Part shown: piece by piece, positions 26,516-39,542 of the stretch
Numbering within the stretch: the first letter of the stretch is position 1
Layout of the letters: the number at the start of each line of letters is the position of its first letter
Assembly: GCA_965235115.1 (NCBI GenBank)
Contig: OZ249436.1
Span: 52,578,001-52,642,000 of the forward strand
From: Laetmonice hystrix
Lineage: Eukaryota
Length of the DNA stretch: 64,000 nucleotides
Direction of reading: 5' to 3'
Program-made: the position numbers and the translations under genes
Notes under the pieces: model-generated
Told to the model about the DNA's origin: nothing
The model's input: the letters and a program-made list of their open reading frames with translations, nothing else
Database searches by the model: none

Positions 26516-27494
26516 AATTTCCGTTCGAGTTGTCAAACATTGATAATTGCCACTTTGGTTAACTATAGGGCTAGACCAGTCAAGTTTCTTTATACCCAGC
26601 AAGCATGAACATTTTTAGAACGATCTGTTTCGGTCAAGTTTTAGTTATCTGTTTCTATACTAATAAAAGACATTAATATTGTCACACGATACGTCCTTTC
26701 ATAGTCGTGGAGTGCCTTGCATGGAGATTTCAGAAGAAGCCTGATATGACCTTGACTTTTGTATCATTATTGTTCCTGTTTCAATTGACAGATTAATGAT
26801 GCGGTCAAGGATAAGCGTATCAAATAGCAGGAGTAAGTATTGTAGGCCCCCTATGGGAGTTTGGATTTTGGAGTTTAGATGCCAATCTGGGTGTAAGTTC
26901 TTTGTATGGAAACCTTCGAACACTAATATATTGTTATACATACATACACAATAGGAATATCAATGAAGAAAAGGATTCGGCTGTCAGTTTATGGTATGCA
27001 GATCACATAAAAAATTTATCTGGGAACATGTGGGCATTTTCGTCTAATTCAATGACGGTTCCACTGCAGTATGTATAATACACGTCCTATACTTGGCTCC
27101 ATATGGGGCCTGCGCATAGAGACTCTTTCTTTTCATTTAATAATTTTTGATGATAAAAGGTGTCAGTATGCGCTCCACAATCAAAACCAGATAGAACATA
27201 AGATCGTAGCCAACTGTGATCCTCGTGTACAGTTTTTTTTTGTTTTGTTCGCTTTTGCGCACAATTAGGCCTCGATTTGTATATGCTAAAGCTCAGGGGC
27301 ATTTTGCAAGAACATGAGATACCTTCCCATCGTCTTATAGAAAAGTGTAGGTCCTACAGTATAACACCCAGTATACAGAATGATTCGATAGTACAGATGC
27401 TAAGTTGATTATTAATCAAATAACTAGAATCTTATTTACGTGTCGCAGGTTGTTTCCCTCGGACTCATGAAGGAAATATGGACCATCTAACTAG

Positions 27495-27560
27495 CGGCTC
27501 ACAAGATGGCCGAGTAATAACGAGTCTGCGCAGATTCACCCGGAAGCCACCTAGTGGCTA
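27495..27560. promoter_or_regulatory. Cluster of promoter/insulator-like motifs (YY1-like, ETS, CTCF core)
   Basis: AAGATGGC (~27504), CCGGAAG (27540) and GCCACCTAGTGGC (27546-27558; reverse strand CCACTAGGTGGC). Confidence 0.35.
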
Positions 27561-29466
27561 ATAAAAGAAGCAACCCTGAGTTTCACCATCGGGCCTATTG
27601 TCCTTCCGTTGGGAAATCCACGGGTATATAGTTGTTTTGAATCCCGCACATTTTCTGAAACCTTTGTCGCACCGACTGCAGCTTTACAGCTTTAGAACAA
27701 AGGAACACACAAACACGCACCCCCCCGGAAGACAGCTCGGCTCCTTTTATAGTCTCGATAAGACATGCCTATAACAGATATGACAGATATACTTGAGACT
27801 AACAAAAGGTAGCAATTTGGCCATCATTTTTTATATGTTTATAATTTGTGATTGCTCACGTAAGGCGACACGTGAACGGAAGCTTTTATCAGGGAAAGCG
27901 GGAAGATCGGGAAACGGGAAAAAGAAGTCTGCAACATGGCCGACAGCAGTGTCGATTTATCACTGGCCAATGTATCGACCAATATACCCGACCAATCAGA
28001 GTGGATTGCTTAGCCAACAGAAGTTATTCACCACAGCAATACTCTCCCAAAATTTCAGGTGGATCCAGAAGTAAACCCCGATAACTGTTATTATATTATA
28101 GTTGTTTGACTTTTTACGTATATCCCACACTGGTTGAAGGGACGTCATGTTTTTGCCTCCGTTTCCCAGCTTTATTTCTTTTATTCATTCTTTATTAACC
28201 CAGCTATTAACTCGGTTATCGATAGGCATTTAAAATACAATTTTAAGTAGGGTGACACTGACTGTCATTTTGTTCCATTTTTTGCGACTCTTGACCTTGG
28301 CCATTACGGAAGTGGCTACTCTTAGATTGTCTGTCATGTTAGCAGTAGCAAGTCACCACTTGAACCATTCGAAACGTGCCATGCTGCGCCCAGCGCACAC
28401 AATGGGCCTATACATTAGGCAGTTGTTTGCGTTTGGTAATATATGTTAATCTTTGGCTGAATGTGTAGAATGATTCCCCACTCTTACCCTGTCTCACTCT
28501 GAAACTGAAGGGCACCAGCTGAAGATGTTGACGGTACATGGCCAGTTCGTCTCGATCACCAGACCCTTTTGCCCGCTAGAGGCCGCTAGGAGGACTGGTG
28601 GTCGAGTGTAATGGCCAGTCGGACATGGCGCCTAGACCGACCGATAGCTATACGCTCGATATAACAAAGGGAACAGGATGTCCCTGATATCATCCGATGG
28701 TAAATAGGCCTAAATTAAAAGTTATGAGGCCGTTTTTTCTGTACTATTTTCTATTTTAATGAATGTTAAAGACTGAACACGTCCCGAAATAGGCAGTCTA
28801 CAATATAGCTGTGTTATCTAGTCAATGACACCACTAAGCCTATATAGTTACCTCATTTTGTGTCGATTTCATACTGAAAACTGCAGACAAGATCACCTTA
28901 TATTGAAAAGACTATAGTCTTTTTCCCTAATGTTGACATCTTCGCGCTGGGAAGAACCTCGATCTGATGTCGATCTGATTTCGTGTACACGTTCGCCAAT
29001 ACTACAAATTCAATCCTATAACGATAGGATTATCTGCAGCATGTTTGCTAGCAGTCAGGTGGTCATTTCATAGGTAGGGGCATAACTATTATGTTACGTA
29101 TTTAAACTCCGCTTTAATATCTGCCCACTGAGTGCGGATTTCAGTGTATGATATTTCAACTGAACCGGCTAATGCCGAGATTGCAGTATGAACAGAAAAT
29201 CGTTTATTGCATTATTAATTCATTCTTGAGCTTTCGCGGCTTGGGCTCCGGGTGAGGGTGGGAGCTCCCTTTTGTGTAAAGTCGTGTTGATATACACATT
29301 TGTAAATAGCAGCCTTTGGTGCGTTGAAAATAATTTAGACTATGGTGGGCTACTTAGGGAAAGGATTGGATTCTCAAGTCCATTAGAGATGAAGCGCTCC
29401 CGTTCATGGTGCCTGTCATTTTGTGTGCCGAGCAGGTGGAGAGATCAGGGGTTCCGACGGAAACGG

Positions 29467-29480
29467 CCACCAGGGGGCGC
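29467..29480 (+). promoter_or_regulatory. Canonical CTCF-binding motif
   Basis: CCACCAGGGGGCGC is an exact match to the CTCF core consensus and lies in a locally GC/CpG-rich segment. Confidence 0.65.
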
Positions 29481-30031
29481 CAGTGTGGGCGCGGCTAGTG
29501 TTCCCGCCACCTCTAACCATCATCAGCCTGATGGGGGCCCACTCTCCACCGTGGCATTAGCTCTGCGCCGTGCAGCTTCGCCTGCTGTCATATGGCATAA
29601 TTGAACTGTGTTCCGGGATGTCATCGGACCGAGGCAGAGCTAGAGATTCTATGAGACGTCATTTAAGTTCGTTGAGCAGCTAGTCAAAGGAGAAAAAGTG
29701 GCTGCAGGAGTTAACGGCGCTGTCCGAGTGGTTGCCTTTACGCACTTATTGGCGTCCGTGAAGGGATACTTTGTGCGAGTGCGATAGAACGCGAGCAACC
29801 GGCTGCGGTTGACAATGCGAGGAAAGCTGGATTTCTTGCAACCGCTTCTTAGCGCCCAACACCTGTTCTAGGTCGAAGAGCTTTCTGAATGTTCGTTAGA
29901 TGAGCAATGTCGAAGGAGAGCCGGGAGGTCAGGACTGTCATGGATTAAATGGAGCGATTTTAAATCTTCCTCCATGCTGTATAATATTGCGGACGGACTC
30001 TTGCCCCTAGCGCGCCGTTCGTTGAAGAGGT

Positions 30032-30203
30032 TCAGGGTGGAGGCGCTTGGCCAGAATCTTGGTCCACGACAATGAAGGCGCAGTCGTCCTCAATCTGATC
30101 GTTTGGTCGACTGTAAATCTGTCGAGGCCGGGACTTGACCTCACAGAGCATGAAATGATGCGCGCGCTCCTTCACGACGAGAGCTTTGAAGGGTTTCCCT
30201 GGG
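30032..30203. other. Candidate exon, orientation unresolved
   Basis: Open frame on both strands in the same codon register. A plus-strand donor G|GTGAGT at 30203/30204 overlaps a minus-strand acceptor CCTATACTCACCCCAG| at 30199/30198. Confidence 0.25.
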
Positions 30204-32860
30204 GTGAGTATAGGCCGAATCTTTCCTTCCACAAGTCCCGGTATGGATCTACGCCGTCCATTGATAAAAAAAATCTAACCCGAGTTCATTTTTCAGCTCA
30301 CGCCCGTACAACAAAAGAACTGGGTTTCCAATGTAAGATAATTACGGGGCGGTGCAGTTCTGTGGTCCCACAGAGAGGGGCTGAAAAGGGCACTGAACGA
30401 CAAATGGCACCTGAGCCCTACCAAAAGTGCTGGACGAACAAAATGATTTTAAAGAATTGTGGCGTTTCAAGTCTGGGGCATCCGCGCCCTAAAGACAACA
30501 TGAGTTCACTATAGTATTAATTCATTCAGAACCTGGGCCCAGCTCAACAGCAAAGTCAAGTAAATTTTAAATCACTTAGTCAATTTTCCCGGAATCTGAG
30601 TGGCTGAAATGGATTTCAAGTTAATAAAATTTGACTTGATTTTGCTTGTAAACCGATCCCTAATCTCATAGCATTATAAACGGATAGACTGCACTTCGTA
30701 CGTCTTCTTTAGACCCCTTCCCTTTTGTTGTTTGAATATCCACAATAGCTAAGTTGTTTAACCTTTTAGCTCGCGATCACAGGACAGGGATTTTCACCTC
30801 TGCGCTCCAATCTTCTTTGAGCATTACACAGAGTTGAGAAACCTCGTCAGGTATTTTTCAGAATTTTTACTTCTGCGCCACGTTCTTCCGTTGTTATCCG
30901 TTCGAATGGCTACTCCCTCAGACATTTAGTTCCTGTATGTAGAAATTGGAACGTGAACAATTGATTTTCAAACAGCACCATGGGCTGTTATAGTTCGCGT
31001 ATGCATCAACATGATTTTCAGCACGCAAGGCATCATTTGAGTTTTAATGAGGTACTTTTACGGCAGACTTTTTCCTCCTTGTGTTTTCTTCCGTGACGTT
31101 GTACTAAGGGGAAATCCTTAAGGGAACCAATCCACCGTTAGACATATTCAAATATCAGGTTCATATTATCATAATGGTAATAGTAGATATCTAAACATGG
31201 GCGTGTATAAAGCAACCAAAACCACCCATTTGATGATCAGAGGTCTGCGGTTAAGAATGATATTCATCCCTCATTCCTGCATGGCTGTTCGTAAAAGGCA
31301 CACTTGAACAGCCACTGTTTCGTTTCACTGCTAATTAATGTTGGAGCTGAAAGGAAAGAAATTTTTCTCAGAATCAGGGATGGATATACTACAAACATAC
31401 TGTTGCAATTATAGGTTCCTCCATGCACCCTTTAATGAAGCACGGGATCCGCTTAATGAACCCAAAACTCCCAGCGGAGTTCATTTCCGAATCCGGTCAC
31501 CAGTCTCTGGTCACCAGGCACTAGGCGATGAGTTTCAAACAACGTTTTTATAACTCCCCCAACAGTGGGCCTTTTAGTCTAATTTATATACAGACGCTCT
31601 TCAAACAAGGGAAGTCGCAAGGACAATCATTTATGCGGATTCACGCCGGTACACATGACCTGGCCAGGTAGATTTATTCCTTAAATTATTAGGCCTGCAA
31701 AATTACGTTTGGATCTGTCTCTTGAAAGTCGCTGTCAGAGCACCAATGTTCTGAGGACCGACTGAACGACTGGCCATCTGGCGCTCGCCGACCGGAGGAA
31801 CAGGCCGTGCGGGTAGGCTAGCTCAACCATCGAGGCATATTTAAAACCCATCTGGGTCACGATCGCCTTGTGAATGTTGATCCAAAGCGAGCAAAGGAAG
31901 AAAAACATCTACAGAAGCTTCGAGGGATCTAAGATTAGCAAATACCTGGAAATAAGTTGTTTAATTAACACGTGACCATCTTCCTCGTTTGCCGCGGAGA
32001 GGTCGTGCAAAAAGAGCTCATCCAAGACAGGCCGTTTTACGTTAGCTGCGATGCGAGGTCAGATGGTTTCTCAATAATTAACAGTGCCATCATTAAAAAT
32101 GTACTAACAAATGACCAAACGGTACAATCACGGTATAGATAATGGATGATAAATTAGATATTATGCAATGATCGAACAAAATTTGCATACTGACTTACAG
32201 CCTGATTTACAAAAAAGTAGAATATGATACACGTATACAACGGATATGAAACTGCAAATTCTATTTTTTCTGGTAAAGAGATGCAAATGATCCAGCTGGA
32301 CCTAGTTAAGCATGTATATCATTCTTGTGATAGTCCAGTATCACGTCACGTAGGCCTATCACGTCACCATCTGAGTTGGGTAAGAATATGAATCGCGTAT
32401 ATTGTATGACCTATTGGACTATGATTTTAACGTATTTGACCTAAGACGTCAATACCAGCCCTCCATTTGGGGATGAGCGGTCACATTTTTTTCATAGCAG
32501 CACAAAGAACTCTACTGATTCACCAATTAAAGGATACTTTATCGGCCTGGCTAGTAATTAACTTCTGGGCGTCAGATCATTAGCGCTATGTCGCAAATAT
32601 GAACGTCAGTCTTAATAATAACGTCATTTCACCCGGTGCAGCAAGAGCAGCCTGCCACCCCCCCCCCCCTCCCCCCGCCCGAGTACATTCGATCATAGAA
32701 CTGTACTCCCAGTACAGTTCTATGATTCGATCCGGAACAGCGAGGGACTTTCTGCCCGCACAGTCTCGATTAGGGAAACAATAGGCCCTTTCTAGTTCCA
32801 CCATGTTTTCGCCATATATAAAGATGGTCTTGATACGGCCTAAAACTAGCAACTCTCTTG

Positions 32861-32861
<1 letters not shown>

Positions 32862-32926
<65 letters not shown>

Positions 32927-32949
32927 CCTCTCTCTCTCTCTCTCTCTCT

Positions 32950-32984
<35 letters not shown>

Positions 32985-33038
32985 CGCTCTCTCACCCCCG
33001 CTCTCTCTCTGTCTCTCTCTCTCTGTCTCTCTCTCTCC
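32862..33038. repeat. (CT)n microsatellite
   Basis: Long, partly interrupted CT dinucleotide tract. Confidence 0.98.
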
Positions 33039-34895
33039 CTGAGCACTGCAGGAAAGTCCTATAGAGCGGCAGCCGCCGGGGAGAACTTCCCCGTTGCATA
33101 CATTTATCTCGGAAACGTTGTCTTGGCTCATTAAGCAGCGGGAAGTCGGCTGGGCAATTAGCTGTATCCCATCTGAGAAAATTACCTTTCAGCATGACCA
33201 TTGGTGATCATTTCTATCATGACGCCACGGCTGCTAAAATGAGCTGAAGGTTTCCTTTGTGTACGTTTCCGTTATGTGTTTCTGTTTTCCGTTCTCGTGT
33301 TAATTCTTAATTCTATAGTGTTTCCATATGTTCCGGAATCACTTTACATTTTGTGTTTTGGAATCGCTCCCAGGGCCGATGGCAAACCGGACATCAAGGT
33401 GTAGTAACGTATCAACTTACCGAACACAATATATACTATTATATATCGGATACGGGAGACGTCCTGTTATGTGAGCTTCATTATGGATTGATCCCAAGGC
33501 AGATTGATCCCAAGGCAGTTAAAGAGTATGGAGCCTGTAAGAAGGTCGGAAGCCAACCGGTCTATCATAATTATTGCTGTCATCGACGATAACAATCAGT
33601 AGTCTGATAGGGTTATTATTCAGTTAATCAATCCTCAATGAGTTCTATAATAAATTTATTTTAAATGTTTGTTCTCTTTTGAATCCCACGTCCTGATCGC
33701 TTTCCGACTGGTACATATAAAGTTCAGCAAATTATTGTCCTGAAGCCATAAACAAGATAATTAAAAAAGTGCTTGAATAGAGGCATTATACGTTTCATAG
33801 GTTTCGAATAAAAATGCTGGTATTACGCTACAGAGATGGCCAGGGGTCTGGTGTTCTCCGGGCCTCAGGAGAATGACATTAAACAAAAGAATTGAAAATA
33901 AAGCTGACTTTAATCTAACCAATGAGTGGAAAAATTAGTCCTGCTATGACATTCGTGAAAAGGTTCCGAAGTCTTGCTGCACGGGACGATATTCGCCAAT
34001 GAAAGCTTCTTCTCTACTCCATTTGGCATTCTCTACTCCATTTGGCAAGTGTTTTTTGTTCTGCTTGACTAGATTCTGACTTAAACAAGATGGGCAGAGC
34101 GGCGAATAGCGTCTTTTATATCAGACTTGTCACAATATCTTTGTTGCAAGAGTTAGCGAGTGATCTTAGGTTGTGTTTTCTTTCATGTGATGATGATGAT
34201 GTGGAAAGATGGTTAGAATAATGCCGAGGAGGAAGAATAGAATGAGGGCGACGTCGGAATTAAAGCAGTATACCTGCTCACGGCATCCAACTCCTTTCTA
34301 TGAGTCGTAAGGGTTTCAAAAAATCAAAAATAACATGCATGGGTAGGGGACCACATCAGCGGTCCAGGGACCGCGTACCCTTGCATCTGTGCCTGTTAAG
34401 CTCATAGAGGCCTAATACTAATAGTGTTATCATAATGATGACAAATGTGCACGTAGTGTCCAAACAATTGATGGAAAAGACAGGTGGTAGACCTACATCT
34501 CTGCTGCTGCTTTTATTATTCAAATGCGTACATTAGGGCCAGCAGTGCGCTACCTCAACGTTCATGTTCCCGCCATGGTCACAAACCACGACTAAATAAG
34601 TAATAAGTCGTGCATAGATAGCCAGAATAACGTGTCCTGTAACGGGTGCCGACAGTTAGAGGTTGTCTTTGGCAGAGACACCTGCTGGTGACCGACCCTC
34701 GGTCGAACAGCATCTTCATGGTACAGCCACAGAGTCCGACTCGAGTACGTCGGAGTGGAGTCTCACTTGTCGTACCGTAATGGGGGATCCAGCTCAAAGT
34801 CATGAAAGTGTTCGTCATCCAAGGAGGTCAGCCATTTGGCGCAGGAGTATGGACAGAGGAAGAAAATAGCTCACTTGCCAGTCTTGGTTGATGTG

Positions 34896-36158
34896 CAAAA
34901 TCACCACACCTTGCTGGTGGAGAGTACGAAATCACCAGACCTTGCTGGTGGGGAGTACAAAATCACCAGACCTTGCTGGTGGAGAGTACAAAATCACCAG
35001 ACCTTGCTGGTGGGGAGTACAAAATCACCAAGACCTTGCTGGTCGAGAGTACAAAATCACCAGACCTTGCTAGTGGAGAGTACAAAATCACCAAGACCTT
35101 GCTGGTGGAGAGTACGAAATCACCAGACCTTGCTGGTGGAGAGTACGAAATCACCAGATCTTGCTGATGGGGAGTACAAAATCACCAAGACCTTGCTGGT
35201 GGAGAGTACAAAATCACCAGACCTTGCTGGTGGAGAGTACAAAATCACCAGACCTTGCTGGTGGAGAGTACAAAATCAACAGACCTTGCTGGTGGAGAGT
35301 ACAAAATCACCAGACCTTGCTGGTGGGGAGTACAAAATCACCAAGACCTTGCTGATGGGGAGTACAAAATCACCAGACCTTGCTAGTAGGGAGTACAAAA
35401 TCACCAAGACCTTGCTGGTGGAGAGTACAAAATCACCAAGACCTTGCTGGTAGGGAGTACAAAATCACCAGACCTTGCTGGTGGAGAGTACAAAATCACC
35501 AGACCTTGCTAGTGGGGAGTACAAAATCACCAAACCTTGCTGGTGGAGAGTACAAAATCACCAGACCTTGCTGGTGGAGAGTACGAAATCACCAGACCTT
35601 GCTGGTGGAGAGTACAAAATCAACAGACCTTGCTGGTGGAGAGTACAAAATCACCAAGACCTTGCTGGTGGAGAGTACAAAATCACCAAGACCTTGCTGG
35701 TGGGGAGTACAAAATCACCAAGACCTTGCTGGTGGGGAGTACAAAATCACCAAGACCTTGCTGGTGGGGAGTACAAAATCACCAGACCTTGCTGGTGGAG
35801 AGTATAAAATCGCCAAGACCTTGCTGGTGGAGAGTACAAAATCACCAGGCCTTGCTGGTGGAGAGTACAAAATAACCAGACCTTGCTGGTGGAGAGTACA
35901 AAATCACCAAGACCTTGCTGGTGGAGAGTACAAAATCACCAGACCTTGCTGATGGAGAGTACAAAATCACCAGACCTTGCTGGTGGAGAGTACAAAATCA
36001 CCAGACCTTGCTGGTGGAGAGTACAAAATCACCAGATCTTGCTGGTGGAGAGTACAAAATCACCAAGACCTTGCTGATGGGGAGTACAAAATCAACAGAC
36101 CTTGCTGGTGGGGAGTACAAAATCACCAAGACCTTGCTGGTGGAGAGTACAAAATCAC
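34896..36158. repeat. 31/32-bp minisatellite, about 40 copies
   Basis: Unit CAAAATCACCA(A)GACCTTGCTGGTGGRGAGTA. Confidence 0.98.
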
Positions 36159-37728
36159 AATGACCCTTATATAAATTTGGACGTAGGTGTTAATTAAAGT
36201 CAGTTCATCAATCCACCACAACACACATTCCTCATCGAGGTCAACAAGTACAACGGTAACAGGGGCAACCAATCCCTGGCTTATGAAAGATTGCCTCTCA
36301 GCGAACATGTACGTCATAGTGTGTATTATACGGAGAGTATATATGGCGTACCATGACGGCAAGAAATGACCGCAGACCATACTTTGATATAAAGGCCTAA
36401 TTATCAGATAAAAAGATCAGTGAAAGTCCGATAAAATCATTGTTTTGAAAGTCCACTGAATATCCGGAGATTTATTCCTCTGTACTTTACTTACCCTTTT
36501 CAATTATATCTTCACCAAACGAGCTTACTACTTAGCTAAACTCCAGTATGTTTCTGGCCTTTAGATGACCACTAGATGGTGAGACAACCAACCAACAAAT
36601 CACTCATTCACGCTAGACATGCAACAGAGAGATTGGGAATTCTTTCATCAGTGTACATGTTAGAGAATGAACAGGTGAAAGAACAACGACAAATCGAGGC
36701 CTTGTTTGTGACTGTCAAACACAACAATTTGCGCAGTGACAGCCCAAAGCCAAGTTGTTCTGAATTATAATTATGTTGCTGTCATGTGTAATTAAGCATT
36801 CCAAGGATTAGGTTGGTATTTGTCTATGGAATGCCATGGATGGTTAAAAGATAGGGTCATCGGTGGTGGTGGTTGGGTGGTGTTTAAAGAGAGAGAGTAT
36901 CTGGTTGTCAAGGTAACCACGCAGGTTATGCACAGGTAGCCGTTATGGCAGGAAACGCGTACATAATTATATGACCCAAACAATGTACATCAAAATGGCC
37001 TCTGTCAATAAGAACAAATGGGCTCCTTTTCCTAAGTGCGTTGGGACAGTTTGTGACAGTGCTCCTTTAAATGACAATTGACGGGAATGTTAAGCATACA
37101 ACATTTGGGATAGTTTAGCCTGGTCCCCAGGCCTATATTAACTACGTATAGAGCCCGGTGAAGGCTAATCGAAGAGAGCGCTGTGATTGGTCCATCGAAA
37201 ACATGGATGAAAACGTCGAAGGTAGTTCCGTAGCCTTCGTATTTCTGCAACGAACACAACGGAAGCGGAAGTGCTTGGAGATTAAGCAACTACCTTCCGC
37301 TTGTCGGTTTTCTGACAAGTGAAAGAAATTACCCAGGACCTGGCCTAACATAGCGGACGCGTCTGTATGGCAGGGGACCAGGCTATGGATAGTTTCCTTA
37401 GTTTTGTTCCTCTTAAGGTAGCAACCTGGGTTAAACATCTTCAGGTGCAGGTCGGGGAGGATGTTGTTGGTATAAGCGATAAATACCCTGTCACCCTGTG
37501 TTATATTGCGTATACCAAGTCATTCTGAACAGTGTCGGCTCAGTCTAATGCATAATGTGCATAACTTGGGACGCACACGCCATGAAATTGTTGCATACAT
37601 TTGTATATATACAGCCGAAGATCAAGTCAAAAGGTCAATGTACCCCATCATATTCAATTCTGAGAAATAACACTTGGAATCCTTTGTTAAATTCCCTTTC
37701 CACCACTACCAATCTTAAACTTTGGGCG

Positions 37729-38015
37729 TCCGTATCTCCCAAACCACTGGTCCGTATCTCCCAAACCACTGGTCCGCATCTCCCAAACCACTGGTCCGTA
37801 TCTCCCAAACCACTGTTCGGCATCTCCCAAACCACTGGCCGTATCTCCCAAACCACTGGTCCGCATCTCCCAAACCACTGGTCCGTATCTCCCAAACCAC
37901 TAGTCCGCATCTCCCAAACCACTGGTCCGTATCTCCCAAACCACTGGTCCGTATCTCCCAAACCACTGGCCGTATCTCCCAAACCACTGGCCGTATCTCC
38001 CAAACCACTGGTCCG
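37729..38015. repeat. 21/22-bp minisatellite, about 13 copies
   Basis: Unit TCCGYATCTCCCAAACCACTGG. Confidence 0.97.
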
Positions 38016-39064
38016 ATGGGCCTAAAGATTTGGTGTTGTGGGATCCCAATCAACACGTATACCAAGTTTCATCAAAAACTGGGATGGTCGGGTTTAAAAT
38101 GTCTGTTTTTTTTGGGGTGATTTGACTTTTCTTTGCTTCTCTTGTTTCTTGTATTACCCATCCTAATAATGTACCAAATATCAGATTACTAAAACTATAC
38201 CAGATGGTTACAGTCAACTGCTATGTGTGTCGACATACGCATAGACGTGAGCGTCGACGTCATACGTCACGCGTTTACATCACATTCATTTATCCGTCAT
38301 TTATAGGCGTTTGGCGAACATCAGGGCGGAATGGTATGACCTATCTTTTCTCTGTTGAATGCCACCACCATATCACCAATATTTAATCGACCGACGCAGG
38401 AGAGGAAATAGAATTGCTACTCTCTGGTGTGCATCTATTTCTTAAATGTAATGAAGAAGGGGTGCCACAGATGGTTGGTTAATATAATAGGTCTATATAC
38501 TAAAGAGAATACATCAGCATGGGGCTTATTATCAAGTGATCAAAAGCTGCACTGCAATGAGCAGATGTTTCCTTGAATTGCTCATCATTTCCGTCCTGAA
38601 GAAGGAGCAGTGTGAAGAATTCCTGACATCAGTCCGACCCCACTTTCCATACAGTGTACGTCTGCTGAGCTTCAACGTCATGAATCGTTCACCGAACGAA
38701 CGGATGACGTGAACACCCACCGCGAGACACCGCGCACCGCGCTTAGTACACGGATCTATACTTTGACAGTTGACAGTTGACGGCATACAGTCACCAGTCC
38801 AGACAGTCCTACAAAATTCATCAACTTTAATTTCTTGCGACGGAACTTCGGCCGGTGCCTCGAACTTCGGACGATTTGCTGCACCAGTTAAAAGAATCAC
38901 CTCGACCATGAAACCTACGCTAAACTAAGACTTTGCTAGAACCTCTTGACCAAGAAAACGCTTCTAGTGAATCAGCGACTGTCAGTAATTAGCATGGGCG
39001 CAAAATCAGGTTTATCCTTAAAAAAAATGGAAATCCTGTCTACTACATCCGTTTTACTGACGAG

Positions 39065-39542
39065 TCGATAATAACGACGTCGTTAATTTCACATAGAAGT
39101 GAATGGGTTGCTAGGTTAAATTAACGACGTCGTTAATTTCACATAGAAGTGAATGGGTTGCTAGGTTAAATTAACGACGTCGTTAATTTCACATGGAAGT
39201 GAATGGGTTGCTAGGTTAAATTAACGACGTTGTTAATTTCACATAGAAGTGAATGGGTTGCTAGGTTAAATTAACGACGTCATTAATTTCACATAGAAGT
39301 GAATGGGTTGCTAGGTTAAATTAACGACGTCGTTTATTTCACATAGAAGTGAATGGGTTGCTAGGTTAAATTAACGACGTCGTTAATTTCACATAGAAGT
39401 GAATGGGTTGCTAGGTTAAATTAACGACGTCGTTAATTTCACATGGAAGTGAATGGGTTGCTAGGTTAAATTAACGACGTCGTTAATTTCACATAGAAGT
39501 GAATGGGTTGCTAGGTTAAATTAACGACGTTGTTATTATCGA
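39065..39542. repeat. 50-bp tandem array (9 units plus a closing palindrome) bracketed by inverted ends
   Basis: Unit TTAACGACGTCGTTAATTTCACATAGAAGTGAATGGGTTGCTAGGTTAAA. The ends TCGATAATAACGACGT... and ...ACGTTGTTATTATCGA are inverted repeats. Confidence 0.97.

Noticed and set aside
32586..33131. 181-aa RE/SL-rich ORFs, and similar ones at 47534, 52825 and 60744
   Set aside because: They are products of (CT)n/(GA)n tracts.
34836..36174. Overlapping ORFs up to 205 aa (STKSPDLAGGEYKIT...)
   Set aside because: They are frame-cycling translations of a 31/32-bp repeat.
38491..38909. Open frames on both strands, including a 125-aa minus-strand ORF
   Set aside because: No recognisable family and no convincing pair of splice sites.
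39065..39542. CRISPR array
   Set aside because: The spacers are identical rather than unique, there are no cas genes, and the context is eukaryotic.
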